A DNA stretch of 64,000 nucleotides from Bacilli bacterium. GTDB taxonomy: Bacteria > Bacillota_I > Bacilli_A > RFN20 > CAG-826. The notes below the pieces were generated by a model. The model was given only the letters and a program-made list of their open reading frames with translations. It did not search any database and was not told the DNA's origin. Below are positions 27,898 to 37,540 of the stretch, piece by piece. Every line of letters starts with the position of its first letter. Positions within the stretch are counted from its first letter, which is position 1. The position numbers were made by a program, and so were the translations under genes. The stretch is taken from assembly GCA_024408335.1 (NCBI GenBank), contig JAKSVB010000002.1, forward strand, positions 4,962 through 68,961, written 5' to 3'.

Positions 27898-29553
27898 TTA
27901 CAAATTCATGGTTAAGTATGAGAAGGAGATGAGAGCGTAACCTTGGTATGATGGGTTATTGCTATCGCTTCCCATGTATGGTTCTGCTGAAACCATAGCT
28001 TGGTATGAGCTTGGGTTGGTTGTAGCTGAATCAGTAAGGTTCCAAACACCTGCTGAATTTGCATTAGCGACGAATCCTGCGGCAACAAGAGCTTGGCCAA
28101 GAGCGGTAACGAATGCGGTTGCTTCTGCTTCGGTTGCGTAGTAAGCCTTAACTTCTGCATAGAGATCAACAGTGAAGATATCAATGTCGATTCCGAGCAT
28201 TTGACCATAGTATTGGTTCATTTGTTCTTCGAACTCAACTGTTGCATCGGTGTAGGTGAGTTTGGTGCAGTTGGTACCGAAGTTGATAGTTGGGTAGACG
28301 TTGGTGGTTCGATCCCAGTCACGTTTGAAGTTTGCGAGATGGTTATTTAAGGTAGCAGCATCAATTTCAACGTTTACAATTTCGTCTTCTTCGACGAATG
28401 CTAACATAGTGAAGACGCCGTTTGGATACATTTGGCGTGTTTCAGCGGTTGGTGCTTGGAAAGCAAGAGCAACGTAAGCAGTTTTGCCAGCGACTAAGCC
28501 AACGGTGTTAGAAATCGTTTTTGCGTAGAAGGCATAAGTAACGCCGCTTTCGGTGCCGCTATTTTGTGCATCATAAGTATAGCCAAGGCCTGTAAGGACT
28601 GTGCCATAAGCGCTTGTGATGTTTCCGCTTCCTAAGTCTTGGAAAATCATTGAACTGCTGCCGTTTCCTAATGAAGCAGCGTTGGTGATGCCTGCTGGAA
28701 GAGGGAGGTTACCCATTCCGAGTGAGGTAAGGTATGCGGTGACATCCGCATTCCATGCGGTTGGCTTTACTGGAGTTGGTTTGGTTGCAAGATAGCTTGC
28801 AACTTTAGCGTTTGCGGTTGTGCCTACTCCGCTAATGGCAATGCCTGAGAAAGATTGATCTTTGTATGTCTCGCTTCCTGAAAGAGATAAGCTGATTGAC
28901 AAATTGCTCGTTTCATCGTCAAATTTGACGGCAGCTTTAACGGTTGGGAAGAGGTCGATTGCCTCACCTAAGCCATATAAATCGAGAAGTGAGTTGACGA
29001 AATCTGCGTTTGATGTGCTGAATGTGTGAGTTCTTGTTGATTCAGTGAAGGTAGCAGCTAAGCCACATTCGCCGAGAATTGAAATCTTGTTGTTGTAGTC
29101 GGTGAATTTGATGTTTGCATTTGGTGAGACGCAGGTGATGCTTGTTGTGTCAACACCGGCTGTATCGTTGTTGTATAAGTATTCGATAAGACCGTAACCG
29201 GCGACTTTTGCAACGCCATAACCGACAGGTGTTTTTCCTTGAGAGACTGCGTTGTCGTTGATGGTAAGCATGCCAGCATCACCGCCAAAGTAGTAATCAG
29301 TTAAACCATATTCAAGATCCGCAAAAGTGGCGTTTCCTGTTGTCATCATTGTTGTGAATAAATCTTTGAGTTTTTCTGCTCTGGTTTTTTCGATGTTGCT
29401 TGAGCTAGCTCCTGGCGCCGATGTCTCAGAAGAGCTTAATGCACTTGTGTCGCTTGCGCTATCGACTGGAGCACTTGAGTTGTTAGCTGGGGTGCCGCAT
29501 GAAGCTAAGATGAGCGAAAGTGATAGAAGTGCGATAGATGTAATTTTTTTCAT
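27898..29553 (-). CDS. Lipoprotein, paralog A (551 aa), function unknown
   Basis: Signal peptide plus lipobox LASCGT; RBS aaaggagaaa. Blocks shared with paralog B: EKTRAEKL, ESTRTHTFSTSNADFV, YATEAEATAFVTALGQALVAAGF. Confidence 0.6.
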   Translation of the reverse strand: MKKITSIALLSLSLILASCGTPANNSSAPVDSASDTSALSSSETSAPGASSSNIEKTRAEKLKDLFTTMMTTGNATFADLEYGLTDYYFGGDAGMLTINDNAVSQGKTPVGYGVAKVAGYGLIEYLYNNDTAGVDTTSITCVSPNANIKFTDYNNKISILGECGLAATFTESTRTHTFSTSNADFVNSLLDLYGLGEAIDLFPTVKAAVKFDDETSNLSISLSLSGSETYKDQSFSGIAISGVGTTANAKVASYLATKPTPVKPTAWNADVTAYLTSLGMGNLPLPAGITNAASLGNGSSSMIFQDLGSGNITSAYGTVLTGLGYTYDAQNSGTESGVTYAFYAKTISNTVGLVAGKTAYVALAFQAPTAETRQMYPNGVFTMLAFVEEDEIVNVEIDAATLNNHLANFKRDWDRTTNVYPTINFGTNCTKLTYTDATVEFEEQMNQYYGQMLGIDIDIFTVDLYAEVKAYYATEAEATAFVTALGQALVAAGFVANANSAGVWNLTDSATTNPSSYQAMVSAEPYMGSDSNNPSYQGYALISFSYLTMNL

Positions 29554-29661
29554 CTTTGTTTCTCCTTTCGCGGGATTTATCCCGTTGCGTATGTGTATTG
29601 TATAAGCGTAAGAGACATTTTCAATAATTATTTTTAATAATTTAGCCTCTATTTCACAAAA

Positions 29662-29692
29662 TTATGAAAAATAGGCACTTTGCTGTGCCTAT
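29662..29692 (-). terminator. Rho-independent terminator overlapping the phosphatase stop codon
   Basis: Hairpin ataggcac-tttgct-gtgcctat, followed on the minus strand by ttttt. Confidence 0.55.
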
Positions 29693-30354
29693 TTGGTGAT
29701 TATGTCAGTCTCAAAGAGCTTAGTTGTCTGCTTTTTGAATTTCTTCGAAACGAGCTTTTTGAATTTTTCCCAGCATACTGGACGTTTCTCGGCGTGGTGA
29801 GCGTCGGTTCCAACGAAGTCAACTAATCCGTTTTTGAAGAGAAATTTAACCTTGCTATCAAGTAAAGCGTGGTCGAAGCAAGTGCTATTGACTTGGATGT
29901 AGCAACCGCTGTCTTTGATCTCATAGTAGTCTTCTTTTCTAAGATAAGCATATCTTTCGATATGGGCGACGATTGGCTCATAGCCAGCAACCTTGATTTC
30001 GTACATGATTTCAGGGATGTTAATCTCTGTTTTGACGCCAAATTCGACAAGGACAAACTTACTGTTATTCATAGTCAAAAGTTTACCTGCTTTAAGGTCG
30101 TCAACCATGCCAGGGTAGTAGTAAATCTCAGCGCCTAAAAGTAGCTCAATACCTAGATCTTTCGCGGCTTCTTTGAGTTTTTCATAGACGGCTTTTAATT
30201 CGTCTATTCTTTGGATTTTTGAGTTTTGGTGCGGAGTGAGGTAAACGCGGGTTACGCCAGCTTCTTTTTCTTGACGCAAAAGAGCGAGGGAAGCCTCTAA
30301 GTCAGGAGCACCGTCATCAACACCAGGAAGGATGTGTGAATGGAAATCAATCAT
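29689..30354 (-). CDS. Mn-dependent protein-tyrosine phosphatase, CpsB/YwqE (PHP) family
   Basis: N-terminal MIDFHSHILPGVDDGAPDLEASL and TPH motifs of the CpsB/YwqE family; 221 aa. Confidence 0.8.
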   Translation of the reverse strand: MIDFHSHILPGVDDGAPDLEASLALLRQEKEAGVTRVYLTPHQNSKIQRIDELKAVYEKLKEAAKDLGIELLLGAEIYYYPGMVDDLKAGKLLTMNNSKFVLVEFGVKTEINIPEIMYEIKVAGYEPIVAHIERYAYLRKEDYYEIKDSGCYIQVNSTCFDHALLDSKVKFLFKNGLVDFVGTDAHHAEKRPVCWEKFKKLVSKKFKKQTTKLFETDIITK

Positions 30355-30372
30355 AATGCGTATGCGTGTTCC

Positions 30373-31863
30373 TTATAATGATTCTTCTTCTTTTTCGGCT
30401 TCTTTTTCTTCGTCGTATACGGCTTGTAAGGCTGCTTCTTCGGCTGCTAAAGCATCAACGCCATAGCTGTCTTTATAGACATAATAGTAGTCGTTCTTGA
30501 CGTGCCATGGGTATTTGGTGCAGTTAATACCGATGATGTTGATGTTAGCGGTCTTAAGTTGAGAGATGGACTCTTTGACGATTGCTTTCTTGGTTTCGGC
30601 GACAGCGATATTAAAGACGACGCCGTCAGCAAGAGGAGCGATGTGGAGAACGTCGGTACAGTTAAGGACTGGTGGGGTATCGATGAAGACATAGTCATAT
30701 ATCTTCTTGAGTTCTTCAATGAGTTCTTTGGTCTTTGATGAAGCGACTAAAGCATTAGGGTTAACGATATTGATACCGGTTGTGATGATATCAACGCCGA
30801 CAGATGTGTGTTTGATGATGTCTTTAAGACCGAGCTTACCACCGACATAGTCGATGTAACCTTTGGATTTAGAAACACCGAAGATCTTGTGTTGGGTTGG
30901 CTTTCTTGTGTCTAAGTCAAGAACAACGACCTTCTTGCCGTTAATGACAGCACAGTAAGCTGTATTAGCGACGGTCTTTGACTTAAGCTCTCCTGAGTTA
31001 GATGAGGTGACAACGATTGCTCTTGGAGGGTTTTCTGGTGATGAATAGTAGATGTTGGAGATAAGGCTGTTATATGGTTCGAAGCCTTTGAGGCTCTTTT
31101 TGATAAGACGTGAAGCTTGACGGTTATGTGAAGCTTTGTTACGTTTCTTAGCTTCCTCGTCATCGTAGAACTTACCAACGATGTTGATATTTGGGAAGAG
31201 GTCTTCGATTTCGTTCTTGGATCTGAATGTATTTGAAGCGAATTCGATGATGAAGGCGATGACACAGGCGAGAACTAAGCCACCGAGGAATGAAACGCCA
31301 AGATAAAGGGTTTTGTTTGGAGAGTTATAGACGGCAGTGCTGGCTTTTCTTGTTTGAGCGAGTTTAACTTTGAGTTCGCTGACAGCGTCATTGTTTTCAC
31401 AAACGTCGATGAGGCTTTCAACGACTGCATCTGTTAAGATTCTTGCCATTTCAGGGTCTCTATGGACAACTGAGACTGTGACCATGAATGATGTGGCAGA
31501 GACTTTGACGGAAACGCCGCTTCTAAGGGAGCTTGTTGTAACGCCTTCAGTGTTGTACTTCAAAGCGATTGGATTAAGAACAACGTCGTCCTTAGCAAGA
31601 TCGCCAACGGTATTAACGACGCGAAGGGAGTTGTTATAGTCAACCGTTTCGTTTCCATACATTGGGTTTGTTGATTGGGTTTGAACGACGACGATAACGT
31701 TGCTTGATGATTTGTAATCAGGCTTCGCTATAAAGAACGTATATGTACCACCGATTGCGGTGATAATGAATGTGATTAAAAGGACGATTAATCTATGCTT
31801 CCAGATCGCATACCAAATGTCAGATAAAGAAATGCTCTTTTCTTGTTCTTGTTGTTTATCCAT
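30373..31863 (-). CDS. Fused Wzz/CpsC-like chain-length-determinant domain plus CpsD-like BY-kinase domain, with a degenerate Walker A
   Basis: N-terminal TM segment plus Wzz-like domain, a second TM, then a CpsD-like domain. P-loop reads TSSNSGELKSKT versus the canonical TSxxPGEGKST. Walker A' VVVLDLDTRKP and Walker B DYVFIDTPP are intact. C-terminal Tyr cluster NDYYYVYKDSYGVD. Confidence 0.7.
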   Translation of the reverse strand: MDKQQEQEKSISLSDIWYAIWKHRLIVLLITFIITAIGGTYTFFIAKPDYKSSSNVIVVVQTQSTNPMYGNETVDYNNSLRVVNTVGDLAKDDVVLNPIALKYNTEGVTTSSLRSGVSVKVSATSFMVTVSVVHRDPEMARILTDAVVESLIDVCENNDAVSELKVKLAQTRKASTAVYNSPNKTLYLGVSFLGGLVLACVIAFIIEFASNTFRSKNEIEDLFPNINIVGKFYDDEEAKKRNKASHNRQASRLIKKSLKGFEPYNSLISNIYYSSPENPPRAIVVTSSNSGELKSKTVANTAYCAVINGKKVVVLDLDTRKPTQHKIFGVSKSKGYIDYVGGKLGLKDIIKHTSVGVDIITTGINIVNPNALVASSKTKELIEELKKIYDYVFIDTPPVLNCTDVLHIAPLADGVVFNIAVAETKKAIVKESISQLKTANINIIGINCTKYPWHVKNDYYYVYKDSYGVDALAAEEAALQAVYDEEKEAEKEEESL

Positions 31864-31971
31864 AGTTGTCTCCTCGGAACAATATAAAAAATTCTTGTTT
31901 GCGCACGCACATTATGAAGCAACTTTTTTGTAAAATAAATTGAAAATTGTTCAAAATGTCTAAAAAAGAGT

Positions 31972-31998
31972 TAAAAAAGCCTAGCAACAACGCTAGGC
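31972..31998 (-). terminator. Rho-independent terminator of rpsO
   Basis: Hairpin gcctagc-aacaac-gctaggc, followed on the minus strand by tttttt. Confidence 0.75.
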
Positions 31999-32014
31999 AT
32001 AAATAAGTTAGCTC

Positions 32015-32281
32015 TTATTTTCTTAAGCCGAGTGAAGCGATTAACTTCTCGTAAGCTGCGTGGTCGTTGCTTGCAAGATATGCAAGAAGTGAACGTCTCT
32101 TGCCAACGAGTTCCATAAGGCTTCTCTTAGCAGTTGCGTCACCGTGGTTGGCTTTGAGGTGAGCGTTTAAATCGGTGATTCTCTTTGTGAGAAGAGCGAC
32201 TTGAACTTCGACACTGCCTGTATCAGCAGCGCTCTTGCCATACTTCTTAACGATGTTAGCTTTTTCGTTTTTGTTTAACAT
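32015..32281 (-). CDS. rpsO: 30S ribosomal protein S15
   Basis: 88 aa; LNKNEKANIVKKYGKSAADTGSVEVQVALLTKRITDLNAHLKANHGD is a typical S15. Confidence 0.95.
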   Translation of the reverse strand: MLNKNEKANIVKKYGKSAADTGSVEVQVALLTKRITDLNAHLKANHGDATAKRSLMELVGKRRSLLAYLASNDHAAYEKLIASLGLRK

Positions 32282-32420
32282 ACGAAGCGTTTCTCCTTTC
32301 TTAATTTGTGACTTAACAAACCCAATGACGAGTCCCTCGAAACGCTTAGAGAGGCTACATCAAAGAGATGTCGCAAGGGTAATTATAGAGATTAGTTTAC
32401 TAATATCAAGCAAAATAGCG

Positions 32421-32450
32421 CAAAAAAAGCCCTGAGATTAACTCAAGGCT
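32421..32450 (-). terminator. Terminator/attenuator hairpin between pnp and rpsO
   Basis: agccctgag-attaa-ctcaaggct (one mismatch), followed on the minus strand by ttttttt. Confidence 0.55.
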
Positions 32451-32468
32451 AGTTTGCTTGTTTATAGC

Positions 32469-34691
32469 TTAGTGGCGTGGTCCTTTGCCATGTCCGCCTT
32501 TGCCATGGAAATCCTTACCGCCTTTTGGACGATCGTTCTTTCTTTCTGGACGTTCGACATAGCCTTCTGGCTTCTCTAAGAATTCACGGTGTGAAAGCTT
32601 GATCTTGCCTTCTTCAAGACCGACGACAACGACTTTCATCATATCGCCGACTTTGCAGAATTTTGTTGCGTCATCGACATAATTCCAGTCAAGACGTGAA
32701 ACGTGGCATAAGCCATCGGTTGTACCGAATAAGTTGACGAATGCGCCATATTCTTCGACACGTGTAACTGCACCTTCGAAGATTTCACCGACCTTAGCTT
32801 CGCGGACGATGCCATCGATGATGTCTTTGGCTTTGTTGATCATCTCGCGGCTGCTGTGGTAGATGGTGATACGGCCATCATCTTCAACGTCGATCTTAAC
32901 GTTATCGCATTTTGCGATGATGTCATTGATGACTTTGCCGCCGGTGCCGATGACGTCACGGATCTTATCTGGGTTGATTGAGAATGTTGTCATCTTTGGA
33001 GCCCAAACGCTGACGTCTTCACGTGGTTCAGCGATTGCGGTCTTCATGGTTTCTCTAATTTGTGCACGAGCCTTGTTAGCTTGTGCTAAAGCTTCGCTTA
33101 AGACTTCACGGGTAACGCCATGGATCTTGATATCCATTTGGAGAGCGGTGATACCTTTTTCGGTACCTGCACACTTGAAGTCCATATCACCGAAGTGGTC
33201 TTCAAGACCTTGGATATCGGTGAGGATTGTGTAGTGGTTGGTTTCTTTGTCTGGTGAACGGCTTGGATCGTTGGTGATTAAACCCATTGCGATGCCTGAG
33301 ACCATACCCTTGATTGGGACGCCTGCTGCCATAAGTGAGAGGCAGGAAGCGCAGATTGAAGCTTGTGATGATGAACCATTTGATTCAACGACTTCAGCGA
33401 CACATCTGACGGTATATGGGAATTCTTCTTCGCTTGGGATGACGTAAGAGAGGGCTCTTTCGCCTAATGCACCGTGACCGATTTCACGACGTCCTGGACG
33501 GCCAGTTCTACCGATTTCGCCAACTGAGAAAGGTGGGAAGTTGTAGTGATGCATGAATCTCTTGGTGCCTTCAGCGTTGATGGTGTCAATGATTTGAGCA
33601 TCGCTAAGAGGGCCAAGTGTTGTGGTTGAGATGACTTGGGTTTGACCACGGGTGAACATAGCTGAGCCGTGTGCTCTTGGGAGAAGGTCGATTTGTGCGT
33701 CGAGTGGACGGATTTCGTCGACTTTACGGCCATCTGGTCTAACTTTATCTTCGATAATGAGACGACGGACTTCGTTTGCTTCCATTTCTTCGAGGATGTC
33801 AGCGACCATCATCATCTTGGCATTGTGTGCCTTATCGTTTTCGTCAGCGATTGCGTCATATTCATCGAGGACTTGCTTCTTAAGAGCTGCGACAGCGTCT
33901 TGTCTTTCAAGCTTGTCGAAGATTGAGATTGCTTTGACGAGCTTCTCGCCGATTTCTTCTTCGATGTGGGCAGCGATTGCAGCGTCTTTTGTGAAGAGTT
34001 GGATTTCTCTCTTTGGCTTGCCACATGCTGCGATGATTTCCTTTTGGAAAGCACAGAGCTTTTTGATTGCTTCGAAGCCGAACATGATGGCGTCGAGCAT
34101 TTCTTCTTCTGGAACTTGGTCAGCGCCTGCTTCGATCATCATGATTGCTGATTCGCTGCCTGCGACTGTTAAGTTGATGTCTGATTTTTCTTTTTGTTCA
34201 GCGGTTGGGTCAATAACGAGCTCGCCATCAACACGGCCAACGATGACGCCTGCGATTGGGCCATCGAATGGGATGTCACTGATGCAAAGAGCAAGTGAAC
34301 TACCGAGCATTGCTGTCATTTCTGGTGAGCAATCTGGTTCTGCTGACATAACAGTGTTGATAAGTTGAACTTCGTTACGGAAGCCTTCTGCGAATAATGG
34401 GCGGATTGGACGGTCGATAAGACGTGCACTTAATGTTTGGTGTGAGTCTGGTTGACCTTCGCGGCGGAGGAAGCCTTGTGGGATCTTACCTGCTGCGTAT
34501 TGCTTTTCTTGATAGTCGACGGTTAATGGGAAGAAGTCTCCTCCTTTTGGTTCATCGGCACAGCATGCTGTTGATAAAACAACTGTGTCACCGAAACGGA
34601 CAAAGACCGCACCGTCTGCTTGTTTGGCGATCTCACCGGTTTCCACTTGAAGGTGTCTGCCTTCAAATTCAAGTTCGAATACTTGTTTCAT
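32469..34691 (-). CDS. pnp: Polyribonucleotide nucleotidyltransferase (PNPase)
   Basis: Two RNase PH domains, KH and S1 domains by overall pattern; Gly/Lys-rich basic C-terminal tail. Start re-chosen at MKQVFELEF (ATG rc at 34689-34691, RBS aaaggaaaaaag); the track start at 34760 is a TTG extension. Confidence 0.9.
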   Translation of the reverse strand: MKQVFELEFEGRHLQVETGEIAKQADGAVFVRFGDTVVLSTACCADEPKGGDFFPLTVDYQEKQYAAGKIPQGFLRREGQPDSHQTLSARLIDRPIRPLFAEGFRNEVQLINTVMSAEPDCSPEMTAMLGSSLALCISDIPFDGPIAGVIVGRVDGELVIDPTAEQKEKSDINLTVAGSESAIMMIEAGADQVPEEEMLDAIMFGFEAIKKLCAFQKEIIAACGKPKREIQLFTKDAAIAAHIEEEIGEKLVKAISIFDKLERQDAVAALKKQVLDEYDAIADENDKAHNAKMMMVADILEEMEANEVRRLIIEDKVRPDGRKVDEIRPLDAQIDLLPRAHGSAMFTRGQTQVISTTTLGPLSDAQIIDTINAEGTKRFMHHYNFPPFSVGEIGRTGRPGRREIGHGALGERALSYVIPSEEEFPYTVRCVAEVVESNGSSSQASICASCLSLMAAGVPIKGMVSGIAMGLITNDPSRSPDKETNHYTILTDIQGLEDHFGDMDFKCAGTEKGITALQMDIKIHGVTREVLSEALAQANKARAQIRETMKTAIAEPREDVSVWAPKMTTFSINPDKIRDVIGTGGKVINDIIAKCDNVKIDVEDDGRITIYHSSREMINKAKDIIDGIVREAKVGEIFEGAVTRVEEYGAFVNLFGTTDGLCHVSRLDWNYVDDATKFCKVGDMMKVVVVGLEEGKIKLSHREFLEKPEGYVERPERKNDRPKGGKDFHGKGGHGKGPRH

Positions 34692-34829
34692 GGTTTCTTT
34701 TTTCCTTTGATTTTTGTACGTCGGAAATTCTACCACATAAGTGGAGTTTAGAAAAGTCAAACAATAGTCCGCTAAAAAAGTTTTTCTGAAGGCTACCGTT
34801 TTTGATATTCAAGAGAGTATAATTGAGCC

Positions 34830-36284
34830 ATGCAAGACGTAATAATAATCGGAGCAGGCGTTATTGGCTCTTTTGTCGCAAGGAGTCTTTCGACGTACAA
34901 GCTCAACACTTTAGTGTTAGAAAAAGAAACTGATGTTTGCGACGTAACATCCATGGCCAATAGCGCTATCGTTCATAGTGGCTATGATCCTAAGCCTGGA
35001 ACCAAGAAGGCCTTCTTTAACGTTAGAGGCAACAAGATGATGGAAGAGGTTTGCAAAGACCTCGATGTCGAATTCGAAAAATGCGGAACCCTAACTGTTG
35101 CTATCCATGATGAACAACTTCCGCTTCTTGACGAACTTTTAGTTCGCGCCAAAGAAAACGGCGTTGAAGCCGTTCTTCTAACGAAAGAGGAAGTCATCAA
35201 AAGAGAACCGAATATCAACCCTAACGTCAAAGCAGCTTTGTTATGCCCAACCGGTGGCATAGTAAATCCATTCACATTAACAGCCCATGCAATGGAAAAC
35301 GCTATAGATAATGGGGTGAAAATCCACCTCTCTGAAGAAGTCATTTCAATAACTCCAAAAGATGACTATTTCATTGTCAAAACTAACAAGAGCGAATATG
35401 AAACAAAGGTCGTTGTTAATGCTGCAGGACTTGCAAGTGACAAGATAGCGAGAATGGTCGAAAACGTTGACTGGAATATTAACCCAAGAAAAGGACAATA
35501 CTTTGTATTCTCTCCATTCGACAAGTGGAAAAAGAACGAAGAGAAGTTCGTTAGAAGCGTTCTCTTCCCTCTCCCAAGCGAGAAAGGAAAAGGAATCCTT
35601 GTTTCTAGAACCACAAGCTCCAATTACATCGCTGGGCCATCTAGCGAACCCGTTAATGATATGACGGATCTTTCAACTGACGCCTCCACGTTAAGGAAAG
35701 TCAAAGAAGGCGCTTTGAGTCTTGTTCCAAATATGCCTTTTGGCAATTCCATCCGCGTATTCTCTGGCAATAGAGCAACACCATCAACCCACGATTTCAT
35801 TATCGAACCATCGAAAACATACCCTAACTTCATTAACGTTGCGGGCATTGAGTCTCCTGGCTTGGCCTCTTCTCCTGCCATAGGCGAATATGTCACTAAC
35901 GAATTAGTCGTTCCGCTACTTAATGCCAAAAAGAACGAGGGGTATAAAAAGACGATTAAGAAGTACATAAAGCCACAAACGCTTAGTGTAGAAGAGCAAA
36001 ACGAGATCATAAAAAAGAATCCTGATTATGGTCAAATTGTATGTAACTGCGAACTCGTAAGCTTAGGAGAAATCAAAGACGCCTTAAATCGTTCGCTTCC
36101 TTGTCTTACGAATAAAGCACTGAAGAAAAGAACACGTGCTGGATTTGGTCCTTGCCAAGGCGGCTTCTGTCAGCCTGAAGTCCTTAGATTATTAAGCGAG
36201 CGTTTAGGCATCGCTCCAACCGATGTCCTGTATGATAAAGAAGGTTCACAAATCATTCTTAACAAAGTTAAGGAGGATAAGTAA
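34830..36284 (+). CDS. FAD-dependent oxidoreductase, GlpA-like (glycerol-3-phosphate dehydrogenase family) with C-terminal BFD-like [2Fe-2S] domain
   Basis: N-terminal IIIGAGVIGSFVAR FAD fold; C-terminal CNCELVSLGEIKD...CQGGFC Cys cluster. First gene of a trio with a PNDR oxidoreductase and DUF1667. Confidence 0.7.
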   Translation: MQDVIIIGAGVIGSFVARSLSTYKLNTLVLEKETDVCDVTSMANSAIVHSGYDPKPGTKKAFFNVRGNKMMEEVCKDLDVEFEKCGTLTVAIHDEQLPLLDELLVRAKENGVEAVLLTKEEVIKREPNINPNVKAALLCPTGGIVNPFTLTAHAMENAIDNGVKIHLSEEVISITPKDDYFIVKTNKSEYETKVVVNAAGLASDKIARMVENVDWNINPRKGQYFVFSPFDKWKKNEEKFVRSVLFPLPSEKGKGILVSRTTSSNYIAGPSSEPVNDMTDLSTDASTLRKVKEGALSLVPNMPFGNSIRVFSGNRATPSTHDFIIEPSKTYPNFINVAGIESPGLASSPAIGEYVTNELVVPLLNAKKNEGYKKTIKKYIKPQTLSVEEQNEIIKKNPDYGQIVCNCELVSLGEIKDALNRSLPCLTNKALKKRTRAGFGPCQGGFCQPEVLRLLSERLGIAPTDVLYDKEGSQIILNKVKEDK

Positions 36285-37540
36285 TGCTTACTAAAGATTT
36301 AGTCATCATTGGAGGTGGCAGCGCTGGACTTGCCGCTGCGATTGGAGCATACGATAACGGAGTAAGAGACATACTCGTCATTGAAAAAGGACCTTTCTTG
36401 GGAGGAATCCTCAACCAATGCATCCATAACGGTTTCGGATTAACCGAATTCAAAGAAGAACTTACTGGACCTGAATTCGCTTCTAGATTCATTAAGCAAG
36501 CCGAAGAAAGAGGAATCGAATGCCTTCTTAATAGCGTTGTCACAAATGTAACTTGCGACAAAGTTGTTACGTTCGTTAATAAAGGCGGGACCACGAAAAT
36601 AAAGGCCAAAGCAATCGTAATGGCAGCAGGATGCTATGAAAGATCGCCGGGAGCCATATCTCTTCCTGGCGATAGACCAAGTGGCGTCATTAACGCTGGA
36701 CAAGCTCAACTATATCTGAATGAGCATGGTTTAATGTGCGGCAAAAGGGTCTTCATTCTAGGCTCTGGCGATATTGGTCTCATCATGGCAAGAAGACTGA
36801 CTTTGGAAGGCGCAAAAGTCTTAGGCGTTGCAGAGCTCTGCGCCTGGTCAAATGGCTTGAATCGAAACATGGTTCAGTGTCTTGATGACTACAATATTCC
36901 TTTATATCTTTCTCATACCGTCACAAACGTTATAGGCAAATCTAGACTTGAGAAAATCGTCATCTCGAAAGTCGATGAGAATAACGTCCCGATAGAAGGA
37001 ACGGAGAAGGAATTCGAGGTCGATACCCTTATCCTTTCGGTTGGTTTGATACCGAACAACATCCTTATGGTTAAGGCTGGAGCAGAGATAGCGAGAAACA
37101 ACGGATGTTTAGTCAATGATAAACTCGAAACTTCGATTCCTGGCATCTATTCATGCGGCAATGTTCTTCACGTCCATGATCTAGTCGATAACGTTGTCGA
37201 AGAGGCTAGAGAAGCAGGTAAGAATGCTGCTAAATACATATTAGGAAATAATGAGATCAATCTAAGTTCAATTAACACAAAAGCAGGGGAAGGCATTGGT
37301 TATGTCGTTCCTGCTAGAATCGTTATTGGAGACGATGAAAAAGACGCTACCTTAAAGTTCCGTGTCCGTAAGCCTTCAAAAGATGTTTATATCCTTTTTG
37401 AGCAAAATGGCAAAGTATTAAAGAAAATGTTTAAACCTGCGATTATTCCTAGCGAAATGGAAATCACTAAATTATCAAAAGAACTCCTAGTAAAGGGGGA
37501 TGAACTCGTCATTAGAATGGTCAAAAAGGAGGCAAAATGA
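36284..37540 (+). CDS. NAD(P)/FAD-dependent pyridine-nucleotide-disulfide oxidoreductase family protein
   Basis: Two Rossmann motifs: IIGGGSAGLAAA and ILGSGDIGLIMA. Confidence 0.7.
   Translation: MLTKDLVIIGGGSAGLAAAIGAYDNGVRDILVIEKGPFLGGILNQCIHNGFGLTEFKEELTGPEFASRFIKQAEERGIECLLNSVVTNVTCDKVVTFVNKGGTTKIKAKAIVMAAGCYERSPGAISLPGDRPSGVINAGQAQLYLNEHGLMCGKRVFILGSGDIGLIMARRLTLEGAKVLGVAELCAWSNGLNRNMVQCLDDYNIPLYLSHTVTNVIGKSRLEKIVISKVDENNVPIEGTEKEFEVDTLILSVGLIPNNILMVKAGAEIARNNGCLVNDKLETSIPGIYSCGNVLHVHDLVDNVVEEAREAGKNAAKYILGNNEINLSSINTKAGEGIGYVVPARIVIGDDEKDATLKFRVRKPSKDVYILFEQNGKVLKKMFKPAIIPSEMEITKLSKELLVKGDELVIRMVKKEAK

Noticed and set aside
33652-34368. 238-aa + strand ORF inside pnp, and similar internal ORFs (47429-48067 minus inside ftsK; 16637-17014 and 18329-18649 minus inside the VWA gene)
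   Set aside because: Each lies entirely within a high-confidence conserved gene on the opposite strand. They have low-complexity Ser/Ala/Leu-rich composition typical of antisense frames, and no RBS.
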